Assembly (NCBI GenBank): GCA_021773195.1
Contig: JAJFKN010000055.1
Coordinates: 65,194-129,193 of the forward strand
Direction: 5' to 3'
Length of the DNA stretch: 64,000 nt
DNA from: Gammaproteobacteria bacterium
GTDB taxonomy: Bacteria > Pseudomonadota > Gammaproteobacteria > JAKBBU01
Shown in pieces: positions 1-10,724 of this stretch; within the stretch, counting starts at the first letter, position 1, and every line of letters starts with the position of its first letter. The position numbers and the translations under genes are program-made. The notes beneath the pieces are model-generated. The model made no database searches and was not told the DNA's origin. It saw nothing but the letters and a program-made list of their open reading frames with translations.

Positions 1-1243
1 GATTACGTTGCAAGATGACCAGCTAAGTTGGCAATATCAACCTGATTGGCAACAGTGGGGTTATGCTATTTCTCCCCACATGCCTTTGCAAGATGCAATC
101 ACCTCCCTGAATGTTCAGCGTTTTTTACGTAACTACCTTCCCGAGGGGCATGGCTTAGAAATCTTACTGCAGAGTGCTCATTTAAGTAGAGATAATACCT
201 TTGCCTTAATTCGAAAGCTGGGACTAGATATGCCTGGTGCGTTGGTGGCATTGCCAGCAGAGGATAAATATCCGAAGGATAGTGATTTTAGAATAATCAA
301 GCATGAAGAGTTGGAGCAACGTTTAGATCATGGCAATCAGTTTGAGTTAATTGTATGGGATGAGAAACCACGCTTATCCGTAGCAGGTGTACAGGATAAA
401 ATTAACGTTGTGCTCAATGAAAAAGATCAATTAGGGTTTGGAGAAGGGCAATTATGCTCGACCCATATCCTTAAGTTTGAAAAGCAAAAGCTCTCACATT
501 TGGTGGTGAATGAGTATCTTTCTATGCGTTTAGCGAAACAATGTGGTTTAGATGTCGCTAATGCAGCATTGCTGCGTTTTGGCTCCCATCCAGCATTACT
601 GGTTAAACGTTTTGATAGAAAGTATGTATCACAAAAGAGCGTCATGCGGCGACATGTCATTGATGGTTGCCAGGCATTAAATTTGCCACCTGAATACAAG
701 TATGAAAGGAATTTTGGTAAGGGCGCTGATGTGGCGCATATCCGGGAAGGCGTTAGCTTGGATAAACTATTTGAATTTTCAGATCAATGTGACAATCCTA
801 TTTTGACGAAACAGAAAATTTTAGATTGGGTATTATTCAATGTATTAATCTTCAATTATGATGCTCATGGGAAAAATATTAGCTTTTTTATAGGTACTAA
901 TGGGCTTACATTAGCTCCGTTTTATGATCTGGTGAATGTTAAAATGTGCCCCGACTTTGAGCATGACATGGCAATGGGGTTGGGGGATGAATTTGATGGT
1001 GACATGGTGCATGCTTACCAATTAGCTGATTTTTCTGATAGTTGTGGACTGCCTAGGTCTATGGTAGCAAATAGACTGAAAGTTTTAGCTGAGTTATTGC
1101 AAACTCACCTACCTCTTGAAATAGAGAAAGTACCTGCAAACAAAGCAGAAGAAATTTATCTTAGTAAATATCAGCACATGGTAATAGAACGCTGCCAGCA
1201 TTTGTTGCAACAAGTAAATGATATTGTATCTATTGTTTTATAA
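1..1243 (+). CDS. hipA: HipA-like Ser/Thr kinase toxin (type II TA). Probably 5'-partial at the window edge; the listed ORF begins with TTG at position 8.
   Basis: Translation carries HipA N-terminal motif SVAGVQDKI (cf. SLSGAQxK) and the catalytic-loop-like DAHGKNISF (cf. DLHAKNFSL). At 411 aa it is slightly shorter than canonical HipA, and the ATG/TTG lies at the very edge of the window. Confidence 0.7.
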   Translation, partial: ITLQDDQLSWQYQPDWQQWGYAISPHMPLQDAITSLNVQRFLRNYLPEGHGLEILLQSAHLSRDNTFALIRKLGLDMPGALVALPAEDKYPKDSDFRIIKHEELEQRLDHGNQFELIVWDEKPRLSVAGVQDKINVVLNEKDQLGFGEGQLCSTHILKFEKQKLSHLVVNEYLSMRLAKQCGLDVANAALLRFGSHPALLVKRFDRKYVSQKSVMRRHVIDGCQALNLPPEYKYERNFGKGADVAHIREGVSLDKLFEFSDQCDNPILTKQKILDWVLFNVLIFNYDAHGKNISFFIGTNGLTLAPFYDLVNVKMCPDFEHDMAMGLGDEFDGDMVHAYQLADFSDSCGLPRSMVANRLKVLAELLQTHLPLEIEKVPANKAEEIYLSKYQHMVIERCQHLLQQVNDIVSIVL

Positions 1244-1368
1244 GAGCTAGAGTGAAGTTTCAAGCATAAAGCATTTATTTGATAACAATAAGGTATGCAT
1301 TGCATAATAATACTAAGCCATCTACAATTCTGCCAAGTATAATACTCAAGTCGGAGAATAATTGAACA

Positions 1369-1527
1369 ATGAAATTAACCATCATAACCGAGCGTGGCAC
1401 GCTTTATCACACCCGCGAAACCTTCGATACAGAAACCGATGCTTTTTGGGAGCGATATGCCAGTGGCTTTGGTCAATTTAATCGGCTTTATCATTGGCAC
1501 ATTGAAGATCCAGCGGTGAAAGTTTAA
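1369..1527 (+). CDS. Small ORF (52 aa) in the same frame as the 1573..4713 gene, separated from it by a single TAA. It may be the interrupted N-terminus of that gene.
   Basis: ATG at 1369 with a GGAG 12 nt upstream. It ends in TAA at 1525-1527, and the same frame stays open into the 1573 ORF. It contains an aromatic 'DAFWERY' motif like the downstream repeats. Confidence 0.3.
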   Translation: MKLTIITERGTLYHTRETFDTETDAFWERYASGFGQFNRLYHWHIEDPAVKV

Positions 1528-1572
1528 TTCTTCCGTCATTGCCTTGGCAGCCAACGGTTTTGGCAATCAAAG

Positions 1573-4500
1573 ATGCTGGATGCTGATTGGCATGGAAATT
1601 CTGATGAAGAATATCTAGTCGAGTTATTTTCTACGGTCTACAACGATAGTAAAGATCCAGAAGAAATCATAAGGTTATTTTGTCAAATCCCACGATTGTT
1701 CACTAGTAAACGATATCCTTTAAGTAGACGTCCAGATGATGAAGAATATCGCTTTGATAAGAGTTCCCGCGGTTTTCTTATGTTGCATTTGCTAGGGGAA
1801 TTAAAGAAAACCATTACAGACTCTAACTTTGAAGCTCGTTGCCTCGGATTTTTAATTAAAGAAGGGTTGCTTTGGTCAGCAAAAAGCTTATACCTATTTG
1901 ACAGCTTTTCTTTTATCTCAACGTTGAATGGATTAAGTCGTAGCGAATTCACCCATGCATTAACCCACAAAGAGTTTTGGCATTCCTTTACAACCAATGA
2001 TATTTTGCCGTTTTATGGCGTTTTAAGTTCAGATCAATCCATTCTTAATAATGTAGAACGCCGACGCCAATTGATGGAAGCTTTTTTTGCCCAGGACGAT
2101 AGAGCGCGATTGCTCAGGATGAACATTTGGTTCGCTGGTGATAATCATGAAAGTGCTGACTCTATTGTTTTAGACTTTTTAGAGAGGGCATTAAGTGATG
2201 AAGCTATAGCAAGAAAACTGCTAGACCATAATATTGATTGTCAACGGTTGAACTTATTTAAATGCTTTTATGCGCAACCCAGCCGTAATGCTGCGAACCG
2301 TGAGAGAGTTTCAAGACTTGTGGTAATGGTGGCGGAGCGTTATGTGAATACCATAGACATAGATGATTCACTGGTTATTGCCATGAGCCAACATAACCCC
2401 TGCATAGTGCGAGGTGAGGTAGCTAGGCGAGTTTATGTGGTAGAGCGGATAGACCCCGCGCCTAACACAGCTTTTAGAGACCGTTGCACTACCTCACTTG
2501 TTAGTGAGTATCATATTCTGCGATCTTTGGAGTGGAAAGAGTTTGCCCGATATTTCCCTGTTGCAAGAGGGAGGCAATTAGAATATGACCGTGAGATTAT
2601 TGATCATATGACTTCCCAGGTGGTGGAACCTAGTTTTTTCTGCGGTTTTTTTCATGGGAAATTTGATGCTTACAAAGGATATCATGAAAGTAAAATTTCC
2701 CGTCGATCCAAGCCGCCTTTAACCCTAAATTTCTTAGCCGCAGCGTTGCAATGCCCTGAGTTTCAGGCGTATCTGTTTGAGCCAGTTGCAGGCACAGTGG
2801 AAGCTACTTCTCGAGAAAGCTATCGCTTTAAGCAATTTTTAGATCGCATCAAAGATGCAGGGCGAAATTCATCTTCTCCCCTTGTCATGACGCAAAAAGA
2901 GATTGCACTGCGTGCCCAAGCATTTATGATAGCTTTCACTCAAGAAGCATTTTGGACGAGCTATTTTCCTAGCGTTCAATTACCCAGAAGCATTGGTGCT
3001 TATGTAAATTATTTTGCTACGGAACAATGTGCTAAAGCTTTTCTGAATGTGGCTTTGGAAAGAGAAGATTTTTGGATTAACCTATTAGAAAACCACAATT
3101 TATTTGGTTTATTAGACAGTTTACCACGAGAGAGTGTTGAATGTTTTATGGCACATGCTAGCAGGCGACAAGACTTCTTGGCTTATTTGCTGCAGCAACC
3201 TTTAGAAGAGGGGCTAAATGCCATAATGGTGATCTTAGGGGGGGCTAATCAGGGGCATAATGCCCAAGCCGGTTTGTTCGAGGCGTTGATGGCAAGGGCA
3301 GACTTTTGGGAAGTGATTTTTCAAGAAAATCATCTATGCCAATTTATGGATAAATTAAAAGATAAAAATAGAATGGAGTTCTCTCAGTCCACCAAAACAC
3401 AGGAAGGATTCTGGCCGTATATCTTGCAAGAGGGACGCTTGGGTCATTTCATAAGGGGGCTTGAAATGGGAGAAAGGCGAATCGAGCTGCTGGAAGAAGC
3501 AATGACTCAAGATGCTTTCTGGGTTAGCACCTATCGACCCTACAAAATTTCAGGAGAGCTTCGCCATTGGCCCGATGGTAGAAATCCTGGCGAATTGATG
3601 GTGGCACCCATTGCATTTTATCATAGAGATTTTGGTGATAGCACTCATGCTGCGTTCTTACGAGCAGCTGAGCTGCGAGAAGATTACTGGCAGTTTGCTT
3701 TTGCCCATCAGGATTATTTTGTTAAACAGCTTGGTGAAAATTGCAGGGAGTGGGCTGAAGAACAAGCTACTTGGGTCGACCAACTACAAAATATGGACAG
3801 TGTTCCCGTGAGAGTGGTGCGTGAATTGTTGGGAGCACAGGTTATGGAAACCAACAGTGCGCTTTTAAATAGGCAGTTGGGGACTGGTGGGTCCTTTACT
3901 CAGTCTCAAGGTCTGGCGTTGTTTTTATTGGCCTATAATGAAGGTACTTTATTGCAACAGCTAACTAGAGATATCCATATCTTTAATGCTTGGATGCCCC
4001 ATATCCCGGCACCCTACCAGCAGGAAATCTTAGCCCAATTATTAGAAACGGATTTGGAAAATAATTTATCTTATCGCTTGTATGAGATTTTCCAACTACC
4101 TACTCCCAATGATGACGCTTGCGATAAAATAGTTGAAGCTCTAGCCTCAGAGGCTAGATTACCTCAATCATTGCATGAAGATATTGATGCCTATATGGAA
4201 CGCTGTAAAGGTGGCTACCAAGATTATTTGGCCACGCGGAGAAAACAACCAGAGCCAGCTGCTATTGAGGCAGGTGGCAATGCAGTAGAGTTATTGCAGT
4301 TAGTTGCAGAACGTGAACGCCAATCTTTAGCAAGGGAGCAGGAATTGCGTGGCCAACTACAGCAAGCGCAAGTAACCTGTGACCTATTGCGCGGTGAATT
4401 AAGCACAAAAATACAAGCGATTGATGAGTTGCGTGCTGAAAATAAAGGATTGAGAACTGAAGTAGAGAGCTTACATCAATCTGTAAGAGAAGAGCCTGTA

Positions 4501-4713
4501 CCTTCTTTTGTAGAGGGTGGGTCTGTTGACAGTGAGGTTACTGCAATGTCATCAAAGGATGACGTTGATGGCGAAAAGGCCCAACGCTATGCACAATCTC
4601 GAACTGCATCGACTGCCGTAGCACAACGTAATATACAGCGCCATCAACGTCAGCGTGATGGACTTGATATCCTTGGTAAAAATACAAAAGACATGCCTTG
4701 CGTCTTACTTTAA
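1573..4713 (+). CDS. Large hypothetical protein (1046 aa) with a degenerate internal '(E/D)xFW' repeat and a C-terminal coiled coil. Candidate secreted effector.
   Basis: Long ORF. Recurring motifs QEAFWTSYF, REDFWINLLENH, RADFWEVIFQENH, EGFWPYILQEGR, DAFWVSTY and EDYWQFAF lie in nt ~2940-3720. There is a heptad-like Q/E/R/L-rich segment near the C-terminus (nt ~4290-4500). I recognise no enzymatic motif. Confidence 0.6.
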   Translation: MLDADWHGNSDEEYLVELFSTVYNDSKDPEEIIRLFCQIPRLFTSKRYPLSRRPDDEEYRFDKSSRGFLMLHLLGELKKTITDSNFEARCLGFLIKEGLLWSAKSLYLFDSFSFISTLNGLSRSEFTHALTHKEFWHSFTTNDILPFYGVLSSDQSILNNVERRRQLMEAFFAQDDRARLLRMNIWFAGDNHESADSIVLDFLERALSDEAIARKLLDHNIDCQRLNLFKCFYAQPSRNAANRERVSRLVVMVAERYVNTIDIDDSLVIAMSQHNPCIVRGEVARRVYVVERIDPAPNTAFRDRCTTSLVSEYHILRSLEWKEFARYFPVARGRQLEYDREIIDHMTSQVVEPSFFCGFFHGKFDAYKGYHESKISRRSKPPLTLNFLAAALQCPEFQAYLFEPVAGTVEATSRESYRFKQFLDRIKDAGRNSSSPLVMTQKEIALRAQAFMIAFTQEAFWTSYFPSVQLPRSIGAYVNYFATEQCAKAFLNVALEREDFWINLLENHNLFGLLDSLPRESVECFMAHASRRQDFLAYLLQQPLEEGLNAIMVILGGANQGHNAQAGLFEALMARADFWEVIFQENHLCQFMDKLKDKNRMEFSQSTKTQEGFWPYILQEGRLGHFIRGLEMGERRIELLEEAMTQDAFWVSTYRPYKISGELRHWPDGRNPGELMVAPIAFYHRDFGDSTHAAFLRAAELREDYWQFAFAHQDYFVKQLGENCREWAEEQATWVDQLQNMDSVPVRVVRELLGAQVMETNSALLNRQLGTGGSFTQSQGLALFLLAYNEGTLLQQLTRDIHIFNAWMPHIPAPYQQEILAQLLETDLENNLSYRLYEIFQLPTPNDDACDKIVEALASEARLPQSLHEDIDAYMERCKGGYQDYLATRRKQPEPAAIEAGGNAVELLQLVAERERQSLAREQELRGQLQQAQVTCDLLRGELSTKIQAIDELRAENKGLRTEVESLHQSVREEPVPSFVEGGSVDSEVTAMSSKDDVDGEKAQRYAQSRTASTAVAQRNIQRHQRQRDGLDILGKNTKDMPCVLL

Positions 4714-4909
4714 GTTTCGAACCCCAGGGGCATGTTGCGAATTGCTGATTTGTACAGGAGCTGGTTGCCCGCTTAGGATTGGCCATGATTTGTTCTCCGA
4801 GCAATGCTTGCCTCTTCCCTGTTGGAGCCAGATAGATTATCCTAGGGCACCTATTCCATGGAGACAAATCATGGATAACAAACATTAACCGATCAAAACG
4901 GGAGATAAG

Positions 4910-5974
4910 ATGGCTTTAATCACCATGCGACAATTATTAGACCATGCGGCAGAACACGGCTACGGCGTTCCTGCTTTCAATGTGAATAACTTAGAACAGA
5001 TGCGTGCCATTATGGAAGCCGCTGATGAAACAAATAGCCCTGTGATTGTGCAAGCTTCCGCAGGTGCTCGTTCTTATGCGGGCCCTAACTTTTTGCGCCA
5101 TTTGATTTTAGCTGCGGCGGAAGAGTTTCCTCATATCCCCGTGTGCATGCATCAAGATCACGGTGCTTCCCCTGATGTATGCCAACGTTCCATTCAACTA
5201 GGATTCACCTCGGTAATGATGGATGGTTCCTTGGAAGCTGATATGAAAACCCCTGCTTCCTATGAATATAATGTGGATGTGACACAACGTACCGTTGCTA
5301 TGGCTCATGCTTGTGGTGTTTCTGTTGAAGGTGAATTGGGTTGTCTAGGTTCCTTAGAAACAGGCGAAATGGGTGAAGAAGATGGCCATGGTGCTGAAGG
5401 TGTCTTGAGTAAAGACATGTTACTCACGGATCCTGAACAAGCGGCACAGTTTGTGAAAGAAACGAAAGTAGATGCTTTGGCTATTGCCATTGGTACCAGC
5501 CACGGCGCTTATAAATTTAGTCGCCCTCCCACCGGTGATATTTTAGCTATCGATAGAATCCGCGCTATTCATGAACGTATTCCCGATACTCACTTAGTCA
5601 TGCACGGTTCGTCTTCTGTGCCCCAAGATTGGTTAGCGACTATCAATGAATTTGGCGGTGATATGAAAGAAACCTACGGTGTCCCCGTAGAAGAAATTCA
5701 AGAAGGCATCAAACATGGCGTGCGGAAGATCAATATTGATACGGATTTACGTTTAGCATCTACAGGTGCTATTCGTCGTTATATGGCAGAGAATCCTTCT
5801 CAATTTGATCCACGTAAATATTTGGGCATATCCAAAGATGCTATGAAGAGTATTTGTTTAGCTCGTTATGAAGCTTTCGGTACGGCAGGCCAAGCGTCTA
5901 AAATCAAAGTGGAATCCACAGAAGTGATGTACCAACGTTACTTGGATGGTGAACTTGATCCGCGAGTCAACTAG
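4910..5974 (+). CDS. fba: Fructose-bisphosphate aldolase, class II
   Basis: Translation [30 protein letters not shown]... is typical of the class II FBA N-terminus, and its length of 354 aa matches class IIB (CbbA/FbaA type). Confidence 0.9.
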   Translation: MALITMRQLLDHAAEHGYGVPAFNVNNLEQMRAIMEAADETNSPVIVQASAGARSYAGPNFLRHLILAAAEEFPHIPVCMHQDHGASPDVCQRSIQLGFTSVMMDGSLEADMKTPASYEYNVDVTQRTVAMAHACGVSVEGELGCLGSLETGEMGEEDGHGAEGVLSKDMLLTDPEQAAQFVKETKVDALAIAIGTSHGAYKFSRPPTGDILAIDRIRAIHERIPDTHLVMHGSSSVPQDWLATINEFGGDMKETYGVPVEEIQEGIKHGVRKINIDTDLRLASTGAIRRYMAENPSQFDPRKYLGISKDAMKSICLARYEAFGTAGQASKIKVESTEVMYQRYLDGELDPRVN

Positions 5975-5989
5975 GACTCATTCGCTAAA

Positions 5990-6018
5990 AAGCCTCCAGT
6001 CGGGGGCTTTTTTATATC
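5990..6018 (+). terminator. Rho-independent terminator after fba
   Basis: AGCCTCC-AGTC-GGGGGCT forms a 7-bp stem with one G·U pair, followed by TTTTTTAT. Confidence 0.6.
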
Positions 6019-6139
6019 CCAAGATCCTTATATAAATCATTCAAATTATCAAATTGCTCCACATTTTTACCTCGCTCGCTGTCGGATAATGTTTTCCTTG
6101 TGGTTTCATTGGGAATTTAGATAAGAAATAGCATATAAC

Positions 6140-6625
6140 TTAACTCTTACGGCGGGAAGGGCCCTCCGTAGTAAAGTGGTAAGGCACGATGATATTACCT
6201 GAAGGTAGAGTTACCGTGACAAATACTAGCCAATTATGGGTGGGGTTGGGGCAAAGGGGTAAGGTGATTATGCCGCGGTAGGACCATTTGGATTGGGCCT
6301 GTAAATCTTCTGCTACATGGCATGTGGGAATATGCACATTGAGCATTTTTACATGCACGGATTGAGGTTGCATACCTTGCAAATCCACGTCCACGGTTAA
6401 AGGTATTTGCAGGGGGATGGCGCGAGGTGTGATACTGAAGGTTACGCTGCCTTGATTTCTAATTGCTACGGTGCAAGCATGTTCATGCAAATCGCACTCT
6501 TTACGATTTTGGTGACTTAAACGGTAGTTAGTGTACATATGATAACCAGAGATGAATAGAATAAAAATCCCTAAGAGTATTCCTAGGGTTAATAGTGTTT
6601 TTTGATCATCATTAAACCGTGACAT
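6140..6625 (-). CDS. Hypothetical membrane-anchored protein (161 aa)
   Basis: It has an N-terminal hydrophobic helix (LLTLGILLGIFILFISGY). No recognisable domain. Confidence 0.45.
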   Translation of the reverse strand: MSRFNDDQKTLLTLGILLGIFILFISGYHMYTNYRLSHQNRKECDLHEHACTVAIRNQGSVTFSITPRAIPLQIPLTVDVDLQGMQPQSVHVKMLNVHIPTCHVAEDLQAQSKWSYRGIITLPLCPNPTHNWLVFVTVTLPSGNIIVPYHFTTEGPSRRKS

Positions 6626-6669
6626 GATATAATTCCGCCTCTTTTTCCTAAACTGAATAGTAGCAAATC

Positions 6670-9600
6670 ATGGCTGAATTATCTGCTCATAAAGCGCGAG
6701 AAATTCCCTACAATTATACTTCTCTTACTGACGAAGGCATTGTATGGCGGTTTTTGGGTCGTGAGGCCTGGTTTTTAATAGAACAGTTGCGTGAAAAACG
6801 CAAAACAGGCCGCTCAGCGCGTATGTTATTTGAAGTCCTCGGCGATATGTGGGTAGTGAAGCGCAACCCCTATATCCAGGATGATTTAATATCTCATCCT
6901 AAACGTTGGCAGTCTTTGGTCCACGCTTTGAATCATCGATTGAATCAAGTGGCTCAGCGTAATAGTGAGCAAGATGCAACGGTTACGGATTTGGTGGATA
7001 AAGCCAAACAAGCCGTAAAAACATTCGTTCAGGAACAAGAAGCGCAGAAACACTTTAGACCCAAGGTCTTAAGGGCATTGAATCTGTGGACGAGAAAAGA
7101 AAACATTTGTTTTGATGGATTATCTCGTGTCTCCCATGTTACTGACGCCAGCGATTGGCGGGTAGAGTATCCTTTTGTCGTGATTAAACCCGACAATGAA
7201 AGTGAATTGGCTGATCTGGTGAAAGCTTGCATCCAATTGGATTTAACCATTATCCCTCGAGGCGGAGGCACAGGTTATACGGGTGGTGTCGTACCGCTGC
7301 ACGCTGACACAGCTGTGATTAATTTAGAAAAACTAGAAAAACTCAGCGCTATATCCTATAAAATTTTGCCTGGGTTGCAAGAACCTGTGGCGACGGTTCG
7401 TGCAGAAGCCGGTGTCGTAACGCGACGGGTTTCTGACTTGGCGCAGCAATCCCAATTGGTTTTTGCCGTGGATCCCACATCACAAGATGCTTGTACCATC
7501 GGTGGCAATGTAGCCATGAATGCCGGTGGTAAAAAAGCCGTATTGTGGGGGACGACATTGGATAACTTAGCTTCTTGGCGCATGGTAACGCCGAAGGGTG
7601 AGTGGATGACCGTGGAGCGAGTGAATCATAATTTAGATAAAATTCATTTGCAGGACATGGCACAATTTCGAGTCCAACGTTTTGAAAGCGACGGCAAGAC
7701 CCCTATTGGCGCAGAAGAAAAGATTAATTTGCCGGGACGAGCCTGCCGTAAAATTGGCTTAGGTAAAGATGTAACTAATAAATGGCTGGGTGGATTGCCT
7801 GGTGTGCAAAAGGAAGGGTGTGATGGGTTAATTACCTCAGCCGAATTTATTTTACATGAAAAGCCTCAGCATTATCGTACAGTTTGTTTGGAATTCTTTG
7901 GTACGGACATCAAGCAGTCTGTTGCAGCTATTGTGGAGATCACGCAATTTTTTGCAAAACAAACTAAATTGAAATTAGCTGGTCTGGAGCATTTAGATCA
8001 ACGGTATTTAAAAGCCGTAAAATACAATACCAAAGCGGCTCGCATGCAAAGGCCAAAAATGGTCTTGATTGGTGATATCGCCGGTAGTAATGACGCCTTA
8101 GTGGAACAGGCCGCAGCTACCGTAGTGCGTATTGCTAATGAACGACAGGGTGAAGGGTTTATTGCCCAAAGTCCGCAAGCGCGTACTAATTTTTGGAAAG
8201 ACCGTAGCAAAACCGCTGCCATTGCTGCGCATACAAATGCGTTTAAAATAAATGAAGATGTGGTGATACCTCTCGATAAATTAGCGGAATACAATGAGGG
8301 TATTGAGCATATTAATATCGAAGAATCCTTAAAAAATAAAATTTTACTCTTAAAACATATTCTTACTTATCTTCATGAATGCAGAGAGGATTTGCCATGG
8401 GATGATATGGATGAAACTCAAAGGGAGCAGTTTAATGAAAAACAACAACTAGCTAAAAAACAGCTGTCCAACGTGTTAAATCAGTGGCAAGTCTATGCGA
8501 CGAATTTAGATGAATTAGCTATGATGCACTCGCAAGTTTTATCCAGAGAGATGCAAGCTAGCATGCAGCCAGAGGATAGCTTTTTTAATATCATTCAACG
8601 ACGAGACTTAGTGATTTCCTATGGTAAGGAAGTAAAAACCCCATTAGCCGAATTGTTCTCCGGCGATACATACCAAGCCTTATTAGATAATTTTGATAAG
8701 TTACATAAAAAATTATTAGCTAAACGTTTGTTCATTGCAACCCATATGCATGCGGGCGATGGTAACGTACATACTAACATTCCTGTGTTCTCCAATGACC
8801 ATGAGATGATGGCGGATGCTGATAAGATTGTTCATCGTGTTATGGCTTTGGCAAAAAAACTTGGGGGGGTGGTTTCCGGTGAGCATGGTATTGGCTTAAC
8901 GAAAATGGCTTTCATTCCCGAAGAGCGTATTGATGCTTTTATGGTGTATAAAGAAACTGTAGACCCCAAAGGGCATTTTAATCGGGGAAAATTAATCAAA
9001 GGCTCTGGTCTAGAACGAGCTTATACGCCTTCGTTGCGCTTACTGGAGCAGGAAGCTTTAATTCTTGAAGCTACAGATTTAGAATCTCTCAATAATGATA
9101 TCAAAGATTGTTTGCGTTGTGGAAAATGCAAGCCTGTTTGCACTACCCATATCCCGAGAGCCAATTTATTTTATTCGCCTCGTGATAAGATTCTTGCAAC
9201 GGGGTTAATTACAGAAGCCATACTCTATGAAGAACAAACCCGGCGCGGTATTTCCACTCAACATTTTATGGAAATGAATGACATTTCAGATCACTGCACA
9301 GTCTGTCATAAATGTGCGAATCCCTGTCCTGTAAATATCGATTTTGGTGATGTTAGTATAAAAATGCGTGAGATTTTAAAGGTAAAAAGAAAGCGCTCCT
9401 TTAATCTCGGCAATTATATGGCTATGAAGTTTTTGACAGTGACGGATCCTGCTGTAATCAATGTGATGCGAAAAGTGGTTTTGGAGTGGGGTTTCAAGCT
9501 GCAGCGCAAGTTGTATTTTTCCAACAAAGCTAAAATAGCCATTGAAGAATCCGCACCAAAGCCCACCACGGTGAAAGCACCTATTCAGGAACAGGTCATA

Positions 9601-10515
9601 CATTTCATCAAAAAACCTATGCCTGCTCATTTGCCCAAACGACCCATGCGTTCGCTACTAGGGCTAGAAGACCCCAAGTTAGTACCTATATTAAGAGACC
9701 CTAAAAAGGTAAATGAAAGCAGTGATGCAGTGTTTTATTTTCCCGGTTGTGGGTCAGAGCGCATGTTTAGCCAAATTGGTTTAGCGACTTTAACCATGTT
9801 GCATCATGTGGGCACACAAACCGTGTTGCCGCCAGGCTATCTTTGTTGTGGTTATCCACAACGTTCCAGCGGAGATCAAGATACCAGTAAAAAAATCACA
9901 ACGGATAATCGCGTCTTATTTCACCGTGTGGCTAATACACTGAATTACTTAGATATTAAGACGGTCATCGTTTCTTGTGGTACTTGCATGGACCAGTTAG
10001 AGGATTACCAATTTCATAAAATTTTCCCCGGCTGTCGTTTGCTGGATATCCATGAATACTTGATGGAAAAAAATATCACGGTGAACGATGTAGATGGTGT
10101 GCAGTACATGTATCATGATCCTTGCCACAGTCCCATGAAAACCCATCAACCTTTACAGGTAGCGGAAAAACTTATGGGGCAATCGGTTACTCTATCGGAT
10201 CGCTGTTGTGGAGATGCAGGCACGCTGTCTACAGCTCGCCCTGACATTGCAACACAATTGCGGTTTAAAAAAGAAGAAGTGATTAAGCAAGACTTATGGC
10301 GGTTAACTGGCAAGCCTAAGGCCGATGAGGGTAAGGTGAAAATGCTAACGTCCTGCCCTGCTTGCGTCAAAGGCTTAGCCAGTTATGCTGAAGACACGGG
10401 GATTGATACCACATACATTGTGGTAGAGTTAGCTCAGAAATACCTCGGGGACGGGTGGCAAGATCAGTTCGTGCAAGCTATTCAGCATGATGGTGTGGAG
10501 AGGGTATTATTGTAG
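6670..10515 (+). CDS. Fused FAD-linked oxidase / Fe-S oxidoreductase (GlcD-GlcF-like, YdiJ-type), 1281 aa
   Basis: An N-terminal FAD-binding PCMH-type region (PRGGGTGYTGG) and a C-terminal cysteine-rich region with CxxCxxC/CP motifs (CLRCGKCKPVC; CTVCHKCANPCP) are followed by CCG-like domains. Confidence 0.8.
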   Translation: MAELSAHKAREIPYNYTSLTDEGIVWRFLGREAWFLIEQLREKRKTGRSARMLFEVLGDMWVVKRNPYIQDDLISHPKRWQSLVHALNHRLNQVAQRNSEQDATVTDLVDKAKQAVKTFVQEQEAQKHFRPKVLRALNLWTRKENICFDGLSRVSHVTDASDWRVEYPFVVIKPDNESELADLVKACIQLDLTIIPRGGGTGYTGGVVPLHADTAVINLEKLEKLSAISYKILPGLQEPVATVRAEAGVVTRRVSDLAQQSQLVFAVDPTSQDACTIGGNVAMNAGGKKAVLWGTTLDNLASWRMVTPKGEWMTVERVNHNLDKIHLQDMAQFRVQRFESDGKTPIGAEEKINLPGRACRKIGLGKDVTNKWLGGLPGVQKEGCDGLITSAEFILHEKPQHYRTVCLEFFGTDIKQSVAAIVEITQFFAKQTKLKLAGLEHLDQRYLKAVKYNTKAARMQRPKMVLIGDIAGSNDALVEQAAATVVRIANERQGEGFIAQSPQARTNFWKDRSKTAAIAAHTNAFKINEDVVIPLDKLAEYNEGIEHINIEESLKNKILLLKHILTYLHECREDLPWDDMDETQREQFNEKQQLAKKQLSNVLNQWQVYATNLDELAMMHSQVLSREMQASMQPEDSFFNIIQRRDLVISYGKEVKTPLAELFSGDTYQALLDNFDKLHKKLLAKRLFIATHMHAGDGNVHTNIPVFSNDHEMMADADKIVHRVMALAKKLGGVVSGEHGIGLTKMAFIPEERIDAFMVYKETVDPKGHFNRGKLIKGSGLERAYTPSLRLLEQEALILEATDLESLNNDIKDCLRCGKCKPVCTTHIPRANLFYSPRDKILATGLITEAILYEEQTRRGISTQHFMEMNDISDHCTVCHKCANPCPVNIDFGDVSIKMREILKVKRKRSFNLGNYMAMKFLTVTDPAVINVMRKVVLEWGFKLQRKLYFSNKAKIAIEESAPKPTTVKAPIQEQVIHFIKKPMPAHLPKRPMRSLLGLEDPKLVPILRDPKKVNESSDAVFYFPGCGSERMFSQIGLATLTMLHHVGTQTVLPPGYLCCGYPQRSSGDQDTSKKITTDNRVLFHRVANTLNYLDIKTVIVSCGTCMDQLEDYQFHKIFPGCRLLDIHEYLMEKNITVNDVDGVQYMYHDPCHSPMKTHQPLQVAEKLMGQSVTLSDRCCGDAGTLSTARPDIATQLRFKKEEVIKQDLWRLTGKPKADEGKVKMLTSCPACVKGLASYAEDTGIDTTYIVVELAQKYLGDGWQDQFVQAIQHDGVERVLL

Positions 10516-10724
10516 TAGGACAGATTGCATCTACTTCTCATTTCTACTAAAATCTTCCTAGGCGCTGACTTTTGCAGTGACCTTAGGCTATCTCTATGTA
10601 TTTCTAACGAAGGAGGACTTGATCCATGAGACAGGTACCCGATTTTACTCTCCAGCTATTTTAATTTGACTGATTTATCACGACGTTAATTCCTGTTAAT
10701 TTGAAATTAAGCCTGGAGGCTCTT

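Noticed and set aside
427-699. Antisense ORFs inside long genes (e.g. 427..699, 1683..1997, 7029..7663, 18685..19149, 32631..33239, 50714..50971)
   Set aside because: All lie fully inside well-supported CDSs on the opposite strand, with no independent motif support. They are typical shadow ORFs.
4705-4910. tRNA-like 3' motif 'gtttcgaacccc' in the 196-bp spacer before fba
   Set aside because: It only loosely resembles a T-arm (GGTTCGAATCC). No acceptor stem or anticodon arm could be built around it by eye, and the overlapping ORFs 4538..4885(-)/4655..4888(+) look spurious.
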